NCBI GenBank assembly: GCA_002269645.1
Contig: NIVC01001242.1
Span: forward strand, 186,001 to 250,000
DNA from: Macrostomum lignano
Lineage: Eukaryota
Reading direction: 5' to 3'
Length of the DNA stretch: 64,000 nt
Made by a program: the position numbers and the translations under genes. Below are positions 49,652 through 62,200 of the stretch, in pieces (the stretch's first letter is position 1; each line of letters begins with the position of its first letter). Under the pieces are notes generated by a model. That model did not search any database, had not been told where the DNA came from, and saw only the letters and a program-made list of their open reading frames with translations.

Positions 49652-52600
49652 TGTCTGGGGGATGCTTGCTACCTGGGGGATGCTTGCTGTCTGGGGGATG
49701 CTTGCTGTCTGGGGGATGCTTGCTGTCTGGGGGATGCTTGCTGTCTGGGGGATGCTTGCTATCTGGGGGATGCTTGCTGTCTGAGGGATGCTTGCTGTCT
49801 GGGGGATGCTTGCTGTCTGGGGGATGCTTGCTATCTGAGGGATGCTTGCTGTCTGGGGGATGCTTGCTGTCTGGGGATAGTTGCTATCTGGGGGATGCTT
49901 GCTGTCTGGGGGATGCTTGCTGTCTGGGGATGCTTGCTGTCTGTGGGATGCTTGCTATCTGGGGGATGCTTGCTGTCTGGGGGATGGTTGCTATCTGGGG
50001 GATGCTTGCTATCTGGGGGATGGTTGCTATCTGAGGGATGCTTGCTGTCTGGGGGATTCTTGCTATCTGGGGGATGCTTGCTACCTGGGGGATGCTTGCT
50101 GTCTGGGGGATGCTTGCTGTCTGGTGGATGCTTGCTATCTGGGGGATGCTTGCTGTCTGGGGGATTCTTGCTGTCTGGGGGATGCTTGCTGTCTGGGGGA
50201 TAGTTGCTATCTGGGGATGCTTGCTGTCTGGGGGATGCTTGCTGTCTGGGGGATGCTTGCTGTCTGTGGGATGCTTGCTATCTGGGGGATGCTTGCTATC
50301 TGGGGGATGGTTGCTATCTGAGGGATGCTTGCTGTCTGGGGGATTCTTGCTATCTGGGGGATGCTTGCTACCTGGGGGATGCTTGCTGTCTGGGGGATGC
50401 TTGCTGTCTGGTGGATGCTTGCTATCTGGGGGATGCTTGCTGTCTGGGGGATTCTTGCTGTCTGGGGGATGCTTGCTGTCTGTGGGATGCTTGCTGTCTG
50501 GGGGATTCTTGCTATCTGGGGGATGCTTGCTACCTGGGGGATGCTTGCTACCTGGGGGATGCTTGCTGTCTGGTGGATGCTTGCTATCTGGGGGATGCTT
50601 GCTGTCTGGGGGATGCTTGCTGTCTGGGGGATTCTTGCTATCTGGGGGATGCTTGCTACCTGGGGGATGCTTGCTGTCTGGGGGATGCTTGCTGTCTGGG
50701 GGATGCTTGCTGTCTGGGGGATGCTTGCTGTCTGGGGGATGCTTGCTGTCTGGGGGATGCTTACTATCTGGGTGATGCTTGCTGTCTGGGGGATGCTTGC
50801 TATCTGGGGGATGCTTGCTATCTGAGGGATGCTTGCTGTCTGAGGGATGCTTGCTGTCTGGGGGATGCTTACTATCTGGGGGATGCTTACTATCTGGGGG
50901 ATGCTTGCTGTCTGGGGGATGCTTACTATCTGGGGGATGCTTGCTATCTGGGGGATGCTTGCTATCTGGGGGATGCTTGCTGTCTGAGGGATGCTTGCTG
51001 TCTGGGGGATGCTTGCTGTCTGGTGGATGCTTGCTATCTGAGGGATGCTTGCTGTCTGGGGGATGCTTGCTGTCTGGGGGATGCTTGCTGTCTGGGGGAT
51101 GCTTACTATCTGGGGGATGCTTGCTGTCTGGGGGATGCTTGCTATCTGGGGGATGCTCGCTATCTGGGGGATGCTTGCTATCTGGGGGATGCTTGCTGTC
51201 TGAGGGATGCTTGCTGTCTGGGGGATGCTTGCTGTCTGGGGGATGCTTGCTGTCTGGGGGATGCTTGCTGTCTGGGGGATGCTTGCTGTCTGAGGGATGC
51301 TTGCTGTCTGGGGGATGCTTGCTGTCTGGGGGATTCTTGCTATCTGGGGGATGCTTGCTGTCTGGTGGATGCTTGCTATCTGAGGGATGCTTGCTGTCTG
51401 GGGGATGCTTGCTGTCTGGGGGATAGTTGCTATCTGGGGGATGCTTGCTGTCTGGGGGATAGTTGCTATCTGGGGGATGCTTGCTGTCTGGGGGATGCTT
51501 GCTGTCTGTGGGATGGTTGCTATCTGGGGGATGCTTGCTATCTGGGGGATGCTTGCTGTCTGGGGGATGCTTGCTATCTGGGGATGCTTGCTATCTGGGG
51601 GATTCTTGCTGTCTGGGGGATGCTTGCTGTCTGGGGATGCTTGCTGTCTGGGGGATGCTTGCTGTCTGGGGGATCTTACTATCTGGGGGATGCTTGCTGT
51701 CTGGGGGATGCTTGCTATCTGGGGGATGCTCGCTATCTGGGGGATGCTTGCTATCTGGGGGATGCTTGCTGTCTGAGGGATGCTTGCTGTCTGGGGGATG
51801 CTTGCTGTCTGGGGGATGCTTGCTATCTGAGGGATGCTTGCTGTCTGGGGGATGCTTGCTATCTGAGGGATGCTTGCTGTCTGGGGGATGCTTGCTGTCT
51901 GGGGGATAGTTGCTATCTGGGGGATGCTTGCTGTCTGGGGGATGCTTGCTGTCTGGGGGATGCTTGCTGTCTGTGGGATGCTTGCTATCTGGGGGATGCT
52001 TGCTATCTGGGGGATGGTTGCTATCTGAGGGATGCTTGCTGTCTGGGGGATGCTTGCTATCTGAGGGATGCTTGCTGTCTGGGGGATGCTTGCTGTCTGG
52101 TGGATGCTTGCTATCTGAGGGATGCTTGCTGTCTGGGGGATGCTTGCTGTCTGGGGGATAGTTGCTATCTGGGGGATGCTTGCTGTCTGGGGGATGCTTG
52201 CTGTCTGTGGGATGGTTGCTATCTGGGGGATGCTTGCTATCTGGGGGATGCTTGCTGTCTGGGGGATGCTTGCTATCTGGGGGATGCTTGCTATCTGGGG
52301 GATGCTTGCTGTCTGGGGGATGCTTGCTGTCTGGTGGATGCTTGCTATCTGAGGGATGCTTGCTGTCTGGGGGATGCTTGCTGTCTGGGGGATGCTTGCT
52401 GTCTGGGGGATGCTTACTATCTGGGGGATGCTTGCTGTCTGGGGGATGCTTGCTATCTGGGGGATGCTCGCTATCTGGGGGATGCTTGCTATCTGGGGGA
52501 TGCTTGCTGTCTGAGGGATGCTTGCTGTCTGGGGGATGCTTGCTGTCTGGGGGATGCTTGCTGTCTGGGGGATGCTTGCTATCTGAGGGATGCTTGCTGT

Positions 52601-53256
52601 CTGAGGGATGCTTGCTATCTGGGGGATGCTTGCTGTCTGGGGGATGCTTGCTGTCTGGGGGATGCTTGCTATCTGAGGGATGCTTGCTGTCTGGGGGATG
52701 CTTGCTGTCTGGTGGATGCTTGCTATCTGAGGGATGCTTGCTGTCTGGGGGATGCTTGCTGTCTGGGGGATGCTTGCTATCTGGGGGATGCTTGCTACCT
52801 GGGGGATGCTTGCTATCTGGGGGATGCTTGCTGTCTGGGGGATGCTTGCTGTCTGGGGGATGCTTGCTATCTGGGGGATGCTTGCTGTCTGGGGGATGCT
52901 TGCTGTCTGGTGGATGCTTGCTATCTGAGGGATGCTTGCTGCCTGGGGGATGCTTGCTGTCTGGGGGATGGTTGCTATCTGGGGGATGCTTGCTATCTGG
53001 GGGATGCTTGCTGTCTGGGGGATGCTTGCTGTCTGGGGGATGCTTGCTGTCTGGGGGATGCTTGCTGTCTGGGGATGCTTGCTGTCTGGGGGATGCTTGC
53101 TGTCTGGGGGATGCTTGCTGTCTGGGGGATGCTTGCTGTCTGGGGGATGCTTGCTGTCTGGGGGATGCTTGCTATCTGGGGGATGGTTGCTATCTAGGGG
53201 ATGCTTGCTGTCTGGGGGATGCTTACTATCTGGGGGATGCTTGCTATCTGGGGGGC
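49652..53256. repeat. 18-bp satellite (CTGGGGGATGCTTGCTGT), ~200 copies
   Basis: 3.6-kb tandem array; explains the ORFs at 49637-53274. Confidence 0.98.
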
Positions 53257-53327
53257 ACTAGAAGGGGGCACTAGATTGCTAGTCAATACATTAATAACAT
53301 AGATAGTTACCAATCAATCAAACGAAC

Positions 53328-55031
53328 CTGATTGACAGATTTCACAAGTCCATCAGAGTACGGATCGCAGCCGCAAATTGTATAAAACGAGAAGAGAGTG
53401 TAGCCAGCGAATAGAACAGAATAAAAAGCAGGGCCACACCAGGTACGTTAATTAGAATCGACCTTCAATGAGTTGAACAACTTATCTGAATTTTGTGCTC
53501 AATTAATTGGCCTTCTCTCGCGCGGAATTCTGTTTGGTACGATTAGAGAAAAAGAGAGGGATAGGAGAGAGGGGGCGAAGAGGGATAGAGAAAGAGGGGC
53601 GGAGATGGATAAGAGAGAGGGACTTAGAGGGATAGAGGGAGAAAAGTACGGAGAGGGATAAGAGAGGGACATGAGTAGTGACTGCCGAAATAGAATATCT
53701 CTGCCGGCGAACCTGGAAATATGACGCACTTTTATGCAGCTACTGTCAGTAGTGTGAGTTTAAGGCACAAATTAATTTTTGTCATAGCTAAATCTAAACT
53801 GAATCTCAACTGAATCTCAACTGAATCTCAACTGAATCTCAACTGAATCTCAACTGAATCTCAACCGAATCTCAACTGAATCTCAACCGAATCTCAACTG
53901 AATCTCAACTGAATCTCGACTGAATTCCAAACTGAATCTCAACTAAATATCAACTGAATCTCAACCAAATCTCAACTGGGTTCAACTGAATCTCAAATGA
54001 ATCTCCAAGGTATGCAAGCCGTGGCTCAACTAAATTGGAACTATTTTGAAAGTCGATACCATAAAGTTCATGCGTTTTTCACCTGCAAACTGATTAGAAT
54101 AAGCAGCTCAATGCCGGGAACCCAATACGATCTCTCAGTCAGTTTGCGGACTGCGTCACCGATAGCAAAATTCGAGTTGATTCGAATTCAAGCACTAAGC
54201 GTGTTTATATGCAGCTGTTCTACCTGTCTGTGAATCTCTTGACCGATTATGCAAATTGGCTGCTTGTTGAGTGACTTCTTTAAGCTGGAGAGGTGTCACC
54301 TTGGATCATCAGTTTCCATTAGTAATGAGTTGCTATACTGTCTTTTGACTAGTTTGAAAATTGACTCAATTTAAACAATTGAAATACGTTAGATTCAGTT
54401 GAGATTCAGTTGAGATTCAGTTAAGATTCAGCTGGGATTCAATTAAGATTCAGTTCAGATTCAGTTGAGATTTAGTTAAGATTCAGCTATGATTCAGTTG
54501 AGATTCAGCTGAGATTCATTTGAGATTCAGCTGAGATTCAATTAAGATTCAGTTGAGATTCGGTTGAGATTCAGCTGAGATTCAGTTGAGATTCAGCTGA
54601 GATTCAATTAAGATTCAGCTGAGATTCAGTTGAGATTCAGTTAAGATTCAGTTGAGATTCAGTTGAGATTCAGCTGAGGTTCAGTTAAGATTCAGTTGAG
54701 ATTCAGTTAAGATTCAGTTGAGATTCAGTTAAGATTCAGTTGAGATTCAGTTGAGATTCAGCTAAGATTCAGCTGACATCCACGTACATCAAAAGCAAGC
54801 TGTCAGTCTTGTAATCATTACATGACACAAACGTACTACCTAGCAGAGAAATGGCGGACCAATTAAGGACACAAGAATTGAGATGGCCACCGGTAGCAAC
54901 TGCAGATTTCGGTTGCCAAGCAGGTACTCTCTGGTAGTTTGTTGCCGGCCGCCAGTGCACGAGGTGTACACCCCAATAGCAACAGATGACAGACAGATCA
55001 AGGCGATAAGGACGTAGTCTATGGGGTGCAT
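53328..55031 (-). pseudogene. Second, internally deleted SLC5 copy (exon 1, start of exon 2, exon 8)
   Basis: Exon 1 at 55031-54840 with a 2-nt insertion; exon 2 fragment 53712-53675; GA-rich intron 7 remnant; exon 8 at 53462-53328 with a 1-nt deletion; the intron 1 foldback and spacer are retained. Confidence 0.9.
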
Positions 55032-55224
55032 GACGGCGGGATGGAGGAAATTTTTGGAAAATGTTGCTGTGTCGAATAAGAACCGATCGATTTGTTCAAA
55101 TATAGAATAGAGTTCTTTCTGTATTGCGAGTGCGCGTGGTTATGCTCGTAGTATTAGGCTCGTAGTAGGTACGCTCTGATTGGCTCCATGAGAGTAGTGC
55201 AGGACCAAAACTCTATCAAAACAA

Positions 55225-55480
55225 TCTCTCTCTCCCTCTGCAATCTTAGCAATCTCTCAACAATCTCTCCTCAACAATCTGCTCAGCAATCTCTCAACAA
55301 TCTCTCAACAATCTCTCAGCAATCTCTTAGCAATCTCTAAAACAATCACTATCACATTCTCTCAACAATCTCTCAGAAATCTCTCTGCAATCTCTCAAGA
55401 AATCTCTCTAGAAATCTCTCAGCAATCTCTCAACAACAATCTCTCAGCAATCTCTCAGCAGTCTCCCAACAATATCTCTG
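55225..55480. repeat. ~12-bp CAATCTCTCAG-type repeat
   Basis: Degenerate tandem units. Confidence 0.75.
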
Positions 55481-56268
55481 GGTCTGTGAGGCTTCTATAT
55501 TTTTTCATGACACGCATTATAGATGTAGCTATCAATTTGTTTTCAAACTGTCTGTTTTTCATTATTTATATCGTAGTTCAATCGATCTGGGACAACCTAC
55601 TTATTAATTAATGGAATGGTTTTCTTGTCTGTTTATCAAAATAAATGGTTCAGAAAGTCGTCGGTTTGTATTTTTAGGCAGAGCTGAAAGTTTAAAAAAA
55701 TATATTTAGGAGTATTACCCACCTCAGTATGTCTTGTTAAACTGAAAAAGTTAGCGTTTGTTTTTCTGTTAAGTTTAATGAATTTAAAAAATATTTTTCA
55801 AAGAAACTCGACAAAATTTAATTAAAGTTAGATCAGAACCAATAATAATACTCATTCATTCATTCGAGTGCTTGTACGAGTGTCTGAAGAAATTGACTTA
55901 GTTATTTATATGTTATTATTGTCAGTCTTAGTGTTATCGAGATTTTTGTGGTAGTTTGATTATCAGAAGCTGGCCCTATGCTTTGGTTATAAATATAAAA
56001 TATATATCATATTCAAGTTAAAATAAAGTGAATCGCCTTACCTTAGGCTTAGCTCAAAGCCTCATTTTTTATTTTTAGATTCAGTTGGATCTAGGCCTAG
56101 TAGAGTCATTAAGTTTAAAAATTCATATACTACTGTAAATTCACAACTGAAACAAATCATCAGTCAATTCAAAAATGACAATGAAAGCCTTTGGATTTAT
56201 TATATAATTATAAGTATTGGTATGTTAAATTGATAAAACAGTTGGCGTAATTATATATAACTAATAAG

Positions 56269-59200
56269 ATGTCTACAGCAAATGAGTCTGTAAAATGGCA
56301 GGACTTATTAGAAAAAGAGTTTGACAAATCCTTTGCTGATCTAGAGCTTCTATTGCATAAAAATCTATCATCTAACAAAGAGTTATATACAAATATAACA
56401 AACTATCTAAATACAATCTGTAGCACATTTTCTCAATTGAACCAGCGTGCCTTAACAATTTTCTATAATAATGCAAAGCTTGAAGTAAGTTGCCTTGCTT
56501 TTAAATTAATTTTTTTATTATCGTATATTTAAACTATATAGTGTAGGTCAATGCCACTAGGCCTAGGCTTATAGCATTATATAATATATATTTAGGCCTA
56601 TGTTATAAATAGTTGCCTAAATATTTTTAATATTAAGATTTACTAAAATGCTTATTTACTACACATTTTAGCATCTTAACAATAGACAAGTAGGCTTTAT
56701 TGTTGCTTTTATACTATAGTTCAGATTGTATATTAGTGCATACCAAGTTTAATACTGGAATAAATGATGAGACCTCGTTTGTATGCCAGGTTTGTATGAA
56801 ATGCCAATATAAAAAATTGTCATTTGACACAATGAATTTAATGTTATATATGCTAGTATATATCTTGATATAGGCCTATGCTCATACATGCGCAACTGCT
56901 GGCCGACCTAGCCGATCTGGCCACCGTAAATCGTGGCTGACCAGGGGTAAGTCGCAAAATTGAGTCAACCAAAAACAGAAAAACACAAGAACCAAGAAAG
57001 GCAAGAGGAAAGCAAAAGAAAGTTCAGTTCAGGGAAAATGGTGAAGCAAAAGAAAAACAATTCGCAAAAGAAGCAAACTAAGTTGTAAAAATAATCAGGT
57101 AAGTCGCAAAAAGGATCAGGTAAGTCGCAACAGGAATCAGGTAAGTCGCAACAGGAATCAGGTAAGTCGCAAAAGAAGCAAACTAAGTCGCAAAAAGGAT
57201 CAGGTAAGTCGCAAAAGAAGCAAACTAAGTCGCAAAAAGGATCAGGTAAGTCGCAAAAAGGATTAGGTAAGTCGCAAAAGAATTAGGTAAGTCGCAAAAA
57301 GGATCAGGTAAGTCGCAAAAGGGTTAGGTAAGTCGCAAAAGGATTAGGTAAGTCGCAAAAGAATTAGGTAAGTCGCAAAAAGGATCAGGTAAGTCGCAAA
57401 AAGGATCAGGTAAGTCGCAAAAGGATTAGGTAAGTCGCAAAAGAAGCAACTAAGTCGCAATAAGAGGGAAGTAAGTCACAATCAGAGGCAATCAGGGGGT
57501 AGTAGGTGCAAGTGTGGCAAGAGAGCAAAAACAGAATAGAAGCCTTCAACCACAGACAAGATCTTTGAAATCAGAAGCCCGCGTCAACAGTTTCCCATTG
57601 ATTTCTTAAACTCTGGAGCAGGGGTTGGCAAACTCTGGCTCGCGAAGCCCCTCTATCTGGCCCTCGCCCCTCGGGTTCTTTGAAACTTCCTAACTACGAG
57701 TAGCAAGGTTGGTGTCTCTTCAACTCTCATCTCTCTCTTCTTCTCTACCTTGCCTCCCCTCTTCTCTCTCTCCCCCTTTTCCCTCTTCTCTCTCCTCTCA
57801 TTTTTACTCTCCTCTCTTCTCCCCCTTTCTCTCTACCCTTTCTCCTCAATGCCCTCTTCTCTCTTATCTTCAGCAAAAATATGTGCGTATTTTCTTACTT
57901 CAAAGTAGAGGGAATAGAAGATTAGAGATAAGCAAACAGAGGAGAGGCGAGCGATGCGATGGGAGAAAAGATAGAAGAGGAGAGAAAAGCTGAGGGAGGA
58001 AAAAGAGATGAGAGAGAAGAGGAGATGAGAGGAAAGAGGAAAGAAAAGATGATGGATGAGATCAGAAGAGAGGAAAGAGGAAAGAGGAGAGAGTAGATGA
58101 GAGAAGAGAGGATAAAGAGGAGATGAGAGGAGAGTGAAGAGAGGAGAGATGAGAGAGTAGAAAAGAGAGGAGAGATAAGATGAGAGAGTAGAGTGGAGAG
58201 AGACGAGAGGGAAGATAAGATAAGAGAGTAGAGTGGAATGGAGAGAGACGAGAGGAGAGATAAGAATGTAGAGAGGAGACAGAAGAGATAGGAGAGGAGA
58301 GGAAAGAGAGGAGAGAGGAGAGGTAAGAGAGAAGGGATAAGGGATGAGAGAGAAAAGAAAAAGAGGATGAGAAGATTGAGGAATGGAGAGAATTTGCAAA
58401 GGCCTCAAATCTTAGTTTAACATGCATTACTCCCATCTTTGCCTTTTTCCTAACTGTTAACAAGTTTTTGTTTGAGCATGACTTCAAATGTAGAATCTAT
58501 GCAAAACTAGTTCCGGGAATTAGAATTCAGTGGTTTAAAAATCTGTGGGTTTTCATAGCTTGTATCTCTACTGGATTCGTATTCTGCATCTGATGAGCCA
58601 TCTGAATCAGGGCTCTCATCTTCCATGCCAAATCGTCTAGCAAATCGTTCTTGAGCTATAGGTCACACTGTATTCACTTCAATTACTTCTGGACATTCAT
58701 GAATCATGACTTTTGTAGTATGCTCACTACACTGTACTGACAATTTACCAATTGCTTCATGCCGCCACTAGATGACATACTGATTAGCTGTTATAAAAAC
58801 GCGGAATCTGCACGCAGCACTAATTAGCTGGCGAGGCATTTAGCTTTAAAAATATGGTCATAGTTACTCCTGCCGTTTACCTAAAGTTTTTGCTTGGCTC
58901 TTTCATAGGTAAGTCGCATTTTTTATCGAAAACTAAGTCGCACGGCCAGCGTAATTTCAGAAGTTGCGCATGTATGCCTATGCTGAAAAATGGTAAGACC
59001 TTTGTTATATGCCAGCCTTCTAAACTATGGCTTTTATAAATATATCTCATATAAGTCACTCTTAAAGATATGATAGCTATGTTTATAATGCAAAAACTTA
59101 TAGAAATGGCAACTGTCTTTAATAGTGCCTAGGTTTATACTTATAGACATGCCTACTATTTATATAATTAGAGTCTATAAACATGGCAGCTATGTCTTTA

Positions 59201-62200
59201 ATATAAAATGCATATTATATTAGTGATGTATTGTCTGTGTCAATAAAGTCTATATAGTGCCAATGGCCATGTTAATATTAAATGGGTTTATACATAGACT
59301 TAAAGATATAGAAGGTGGCTATGTTCCTAATATAAAATTCGTTTGGCATTAAAGTCAATGGCTATCTCCTTATTGCCAAAATTTAAAGCCATGGTATACT
59401 ATACGCAGTATAATACTCAACCATGGGGATACAATTACCTTCCTTTTAGGTAGAGACAAAAAAAAGGCAAATGGTATCTAATCCAATTTTTGCCAAAATA
59501 GAAAGCCATCAATTTGCCCTTCCTTCCTTTGCCTTCGTTGACTTTCTAGAATCTATCCCCTCAATAAACTTCTAGTTATGCTATTGAAAATAAATAAAAT
59601 GGCTAGTTAAGAAATGTCTATTCAATGTTTTTTTATACTTGTAATACCTTTTATATTCAATTTATCTTTTCTTATATCTAAAGCTAAGTGGGTAGACTGT
59701 TAGGTTTGATGCATATCTTCTCCTAGACAGCTGGCAACTCAAATATAAATGAAAGTTAATTTATATTAACTTAGTTATAACTGAAGAAGTTAAAGGTTCT
59801 TTTCATAGGCTCTGAAATTTGCAACATTCATTTATTTACTTATTGCTTTACCCTTTACCAATGAAATCAAAGGCTTTCAATAGTCCTTTAAATCACAGTA
59901 AGTAAGTGGCCAATATTAGCAACCAGATGCAACATATATATATATACCCTATAGATATGAAGCGCAGTCTGGACCTAGGCATTATTAGAGACAAGGTATA
60001 TTTATATCTCTACAAACTTTATCAACAACTTTATTAACAACTTACCTTGTGTATATCCAAATCAATGGCAGAAATCTAAGCTAAAGAATACTATAGTAAA
60101 TATGGTAAAATGGGTATCTATAATGGCTATATTGGTATATATAAAAGCTAACAACTGCTCTTATGCCTTTGACAATGACAATATAATGTAGTCTTTAAAT
60201 CTATCAAAATACTTATCTCTATCCTACCCTTTATATTTCTAAACCTCTGACCTATAGAAGCTTTTAATCTATAAACTCTATGTTTAAAATTAACTATTGA
60301 AATGTTTTAAAATCCACAAAATCCCAAAATGCTCCAGAATATTATTAATTATAGAAATATGGAACTGAAATTACCTAATGTAAGGCTGTTCAGTCCAATG
60401 ACTGGGATGGGGGGTTGCCAAACAGCCCTCAATTACCCCAGCTAATTTTGGCACCCAATTTTACAGCTGGGTGAACTGAAGCAATGTAGAGTTAAGTGTC
60501 TTGCTCAAGGACACAAATTGTTCCAGTGGGATTTTAAGAATCAAAACCCTGACCTTACAGTTGTAAGACTGGCTACAACCCTCTATCACAAAACACTGAG
60601 CTTATAAGAAGGCTCTAAATTGTCTGTAAAGTTATACAATAAATAGGTAACATGCATTTACTATAATATTAACTAAAATGTACTTTCAATAAAAGTAACC
60701 ACGCACCAGCCTCTAAATAAAAAGTAAAACTTGATGAATCAGTCTGCCATAATGGTATTGTAAAAAAGACAACATTTTTTTAGGCTCAGCTGGTATCCAT
60801 GCGCACAGACCTGGCCTCTGCTCAGGCCGCAGCTGCAAGCTCTGCTGGTGCAGCATCAGCCAAAGCTTCATCATCACTAGCAGATGTTGATGCCCAGCCT
60901 CCGCAGCCCGCATCCTCAGACTCTGCCAAGTCTGAGATTCTGAAATTCGAACGGGATATTGTTGTGAATGAGAATGCCGAGCTCAGACGGTACTGCCTGG
61001 CTCTGCAGACTGAGCTGTATGCTGCCCGCCTGACTGCCAAATACCTCAATAAGGAGCTGGCAGGTCGTGTGCAACAGATGCAGCTGCTGACTGCCAGCAG
61101 CAATGGGACTGGTCTGGGTGAGTGCCAGCCTTACTGGGCCAGCCTCCCAGATCCTCAGTTGCTGGGCCAGCCTGCCAGATCTTCAGTTGCTGGGCCAGCC
61201 TCCCAGATCCTCAGTAGCTGGACCAGCCTGCCAGATCTTCAGTTGCTGGGCCAGCCTCCCAGATCCTCAGTTGCTGGGCCAGCCTCCCAGATCCCCAGTT
61301 GCTGGGCCAGCCTCCCAGATCCTCAGTTGCTGGGCCAGCCTCCCAGATCCTCGGTTGCTGGGCCACCCTTCCAGATCCCCAGTTGCTGGGCCAGCCTCCC
61401 AGATCCTCAGTTGCTGGGCCAGCCTCCCAGATCCTCGGTTGCTGGGCCAGCCTCCCAGATCCTCAGTTGCTGGGCCAGCCTCCCAGATTCTCAGTTGCTG
61501 GGCCACCCTTCCAGATCCCCAGTTGCTGGGCCAGCCTCCCAGATCCTCAGTTGCTGGGCCAGCCTCCCAGATCCTCGGTTGCTGGGCCAGCCTCCCAGAT
61601 CCTCGGTTGCTGGGCCAGCCTCCCAGATCCTCGGTTGCTGGGCCAGCCTCCCAGATCCTCATCAGTTGCTGGGCCAGCCTCCCAGATCCTCGGTTGCTGA
61701 GCCAGCCTCCCAGATTCCCAGTTGCTGGGCCAGCCTCCCAGATCCTCGGTTGCTGGGCCAGCCTCCCAGATCCTCAGTTGCTGGGCCAGCCTCCCAGATC
61801 TTCAGTTGCTGTGCCAGACTCCCAGATCCTCAGTTGCTGGGCCAGCCTCCCAGATCCTCGGTTGCTGGGCCAGCCTCCCAGATCCTCAGTTGCTGGGCCA
61901 GCCTCCCAGATTCTCAGTTGCTGGGCCACCCTTCCAGATCCCCAGTTGCTGGGCCAGCCTCCCAGATCCTCAGTTGCTGGGCCAGCCTCCCAGATTCTCA
62001 GTTGCTGGGCCACCCTTCCAGATCCCCAGTTGCTGGGCCAGCCTCCCAGATCCTCAGTTGCTGGGCCAGCCTCCCAGATCCTCGGTTGCTGGGCCAGCCT
62101 CCCAGATCCTCATCAGTTGCTGGGCCAGCAGCCTCCCAGATTCCCAGTTGCTGGGCCAGCCTCCCAGATCCTCATCAGTTGCTGGGCCAGCAGCCTCCCA

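Larger units (their letters stand above)
56883..58976. mobile_element. 2.1-kb non-autonomous DNA transposon (P- or hAT-type) in GOPC intron 1
   Basis: Perfect 15-bp TIR CATACATGCGCAACT / AGTTGCGCATGTATG; 8-bp TSD CCTATGCT at 56875-56882 and 58977-58984; no transposase. Confidence 0.88.

Noticed and set aside
49637-53274. Long ORFs (up to 997 aa) of LGDACC/LSGGCL repeats
   Set aside because: Translations of an 18-bp satellite, open in several frames, with no homology signal
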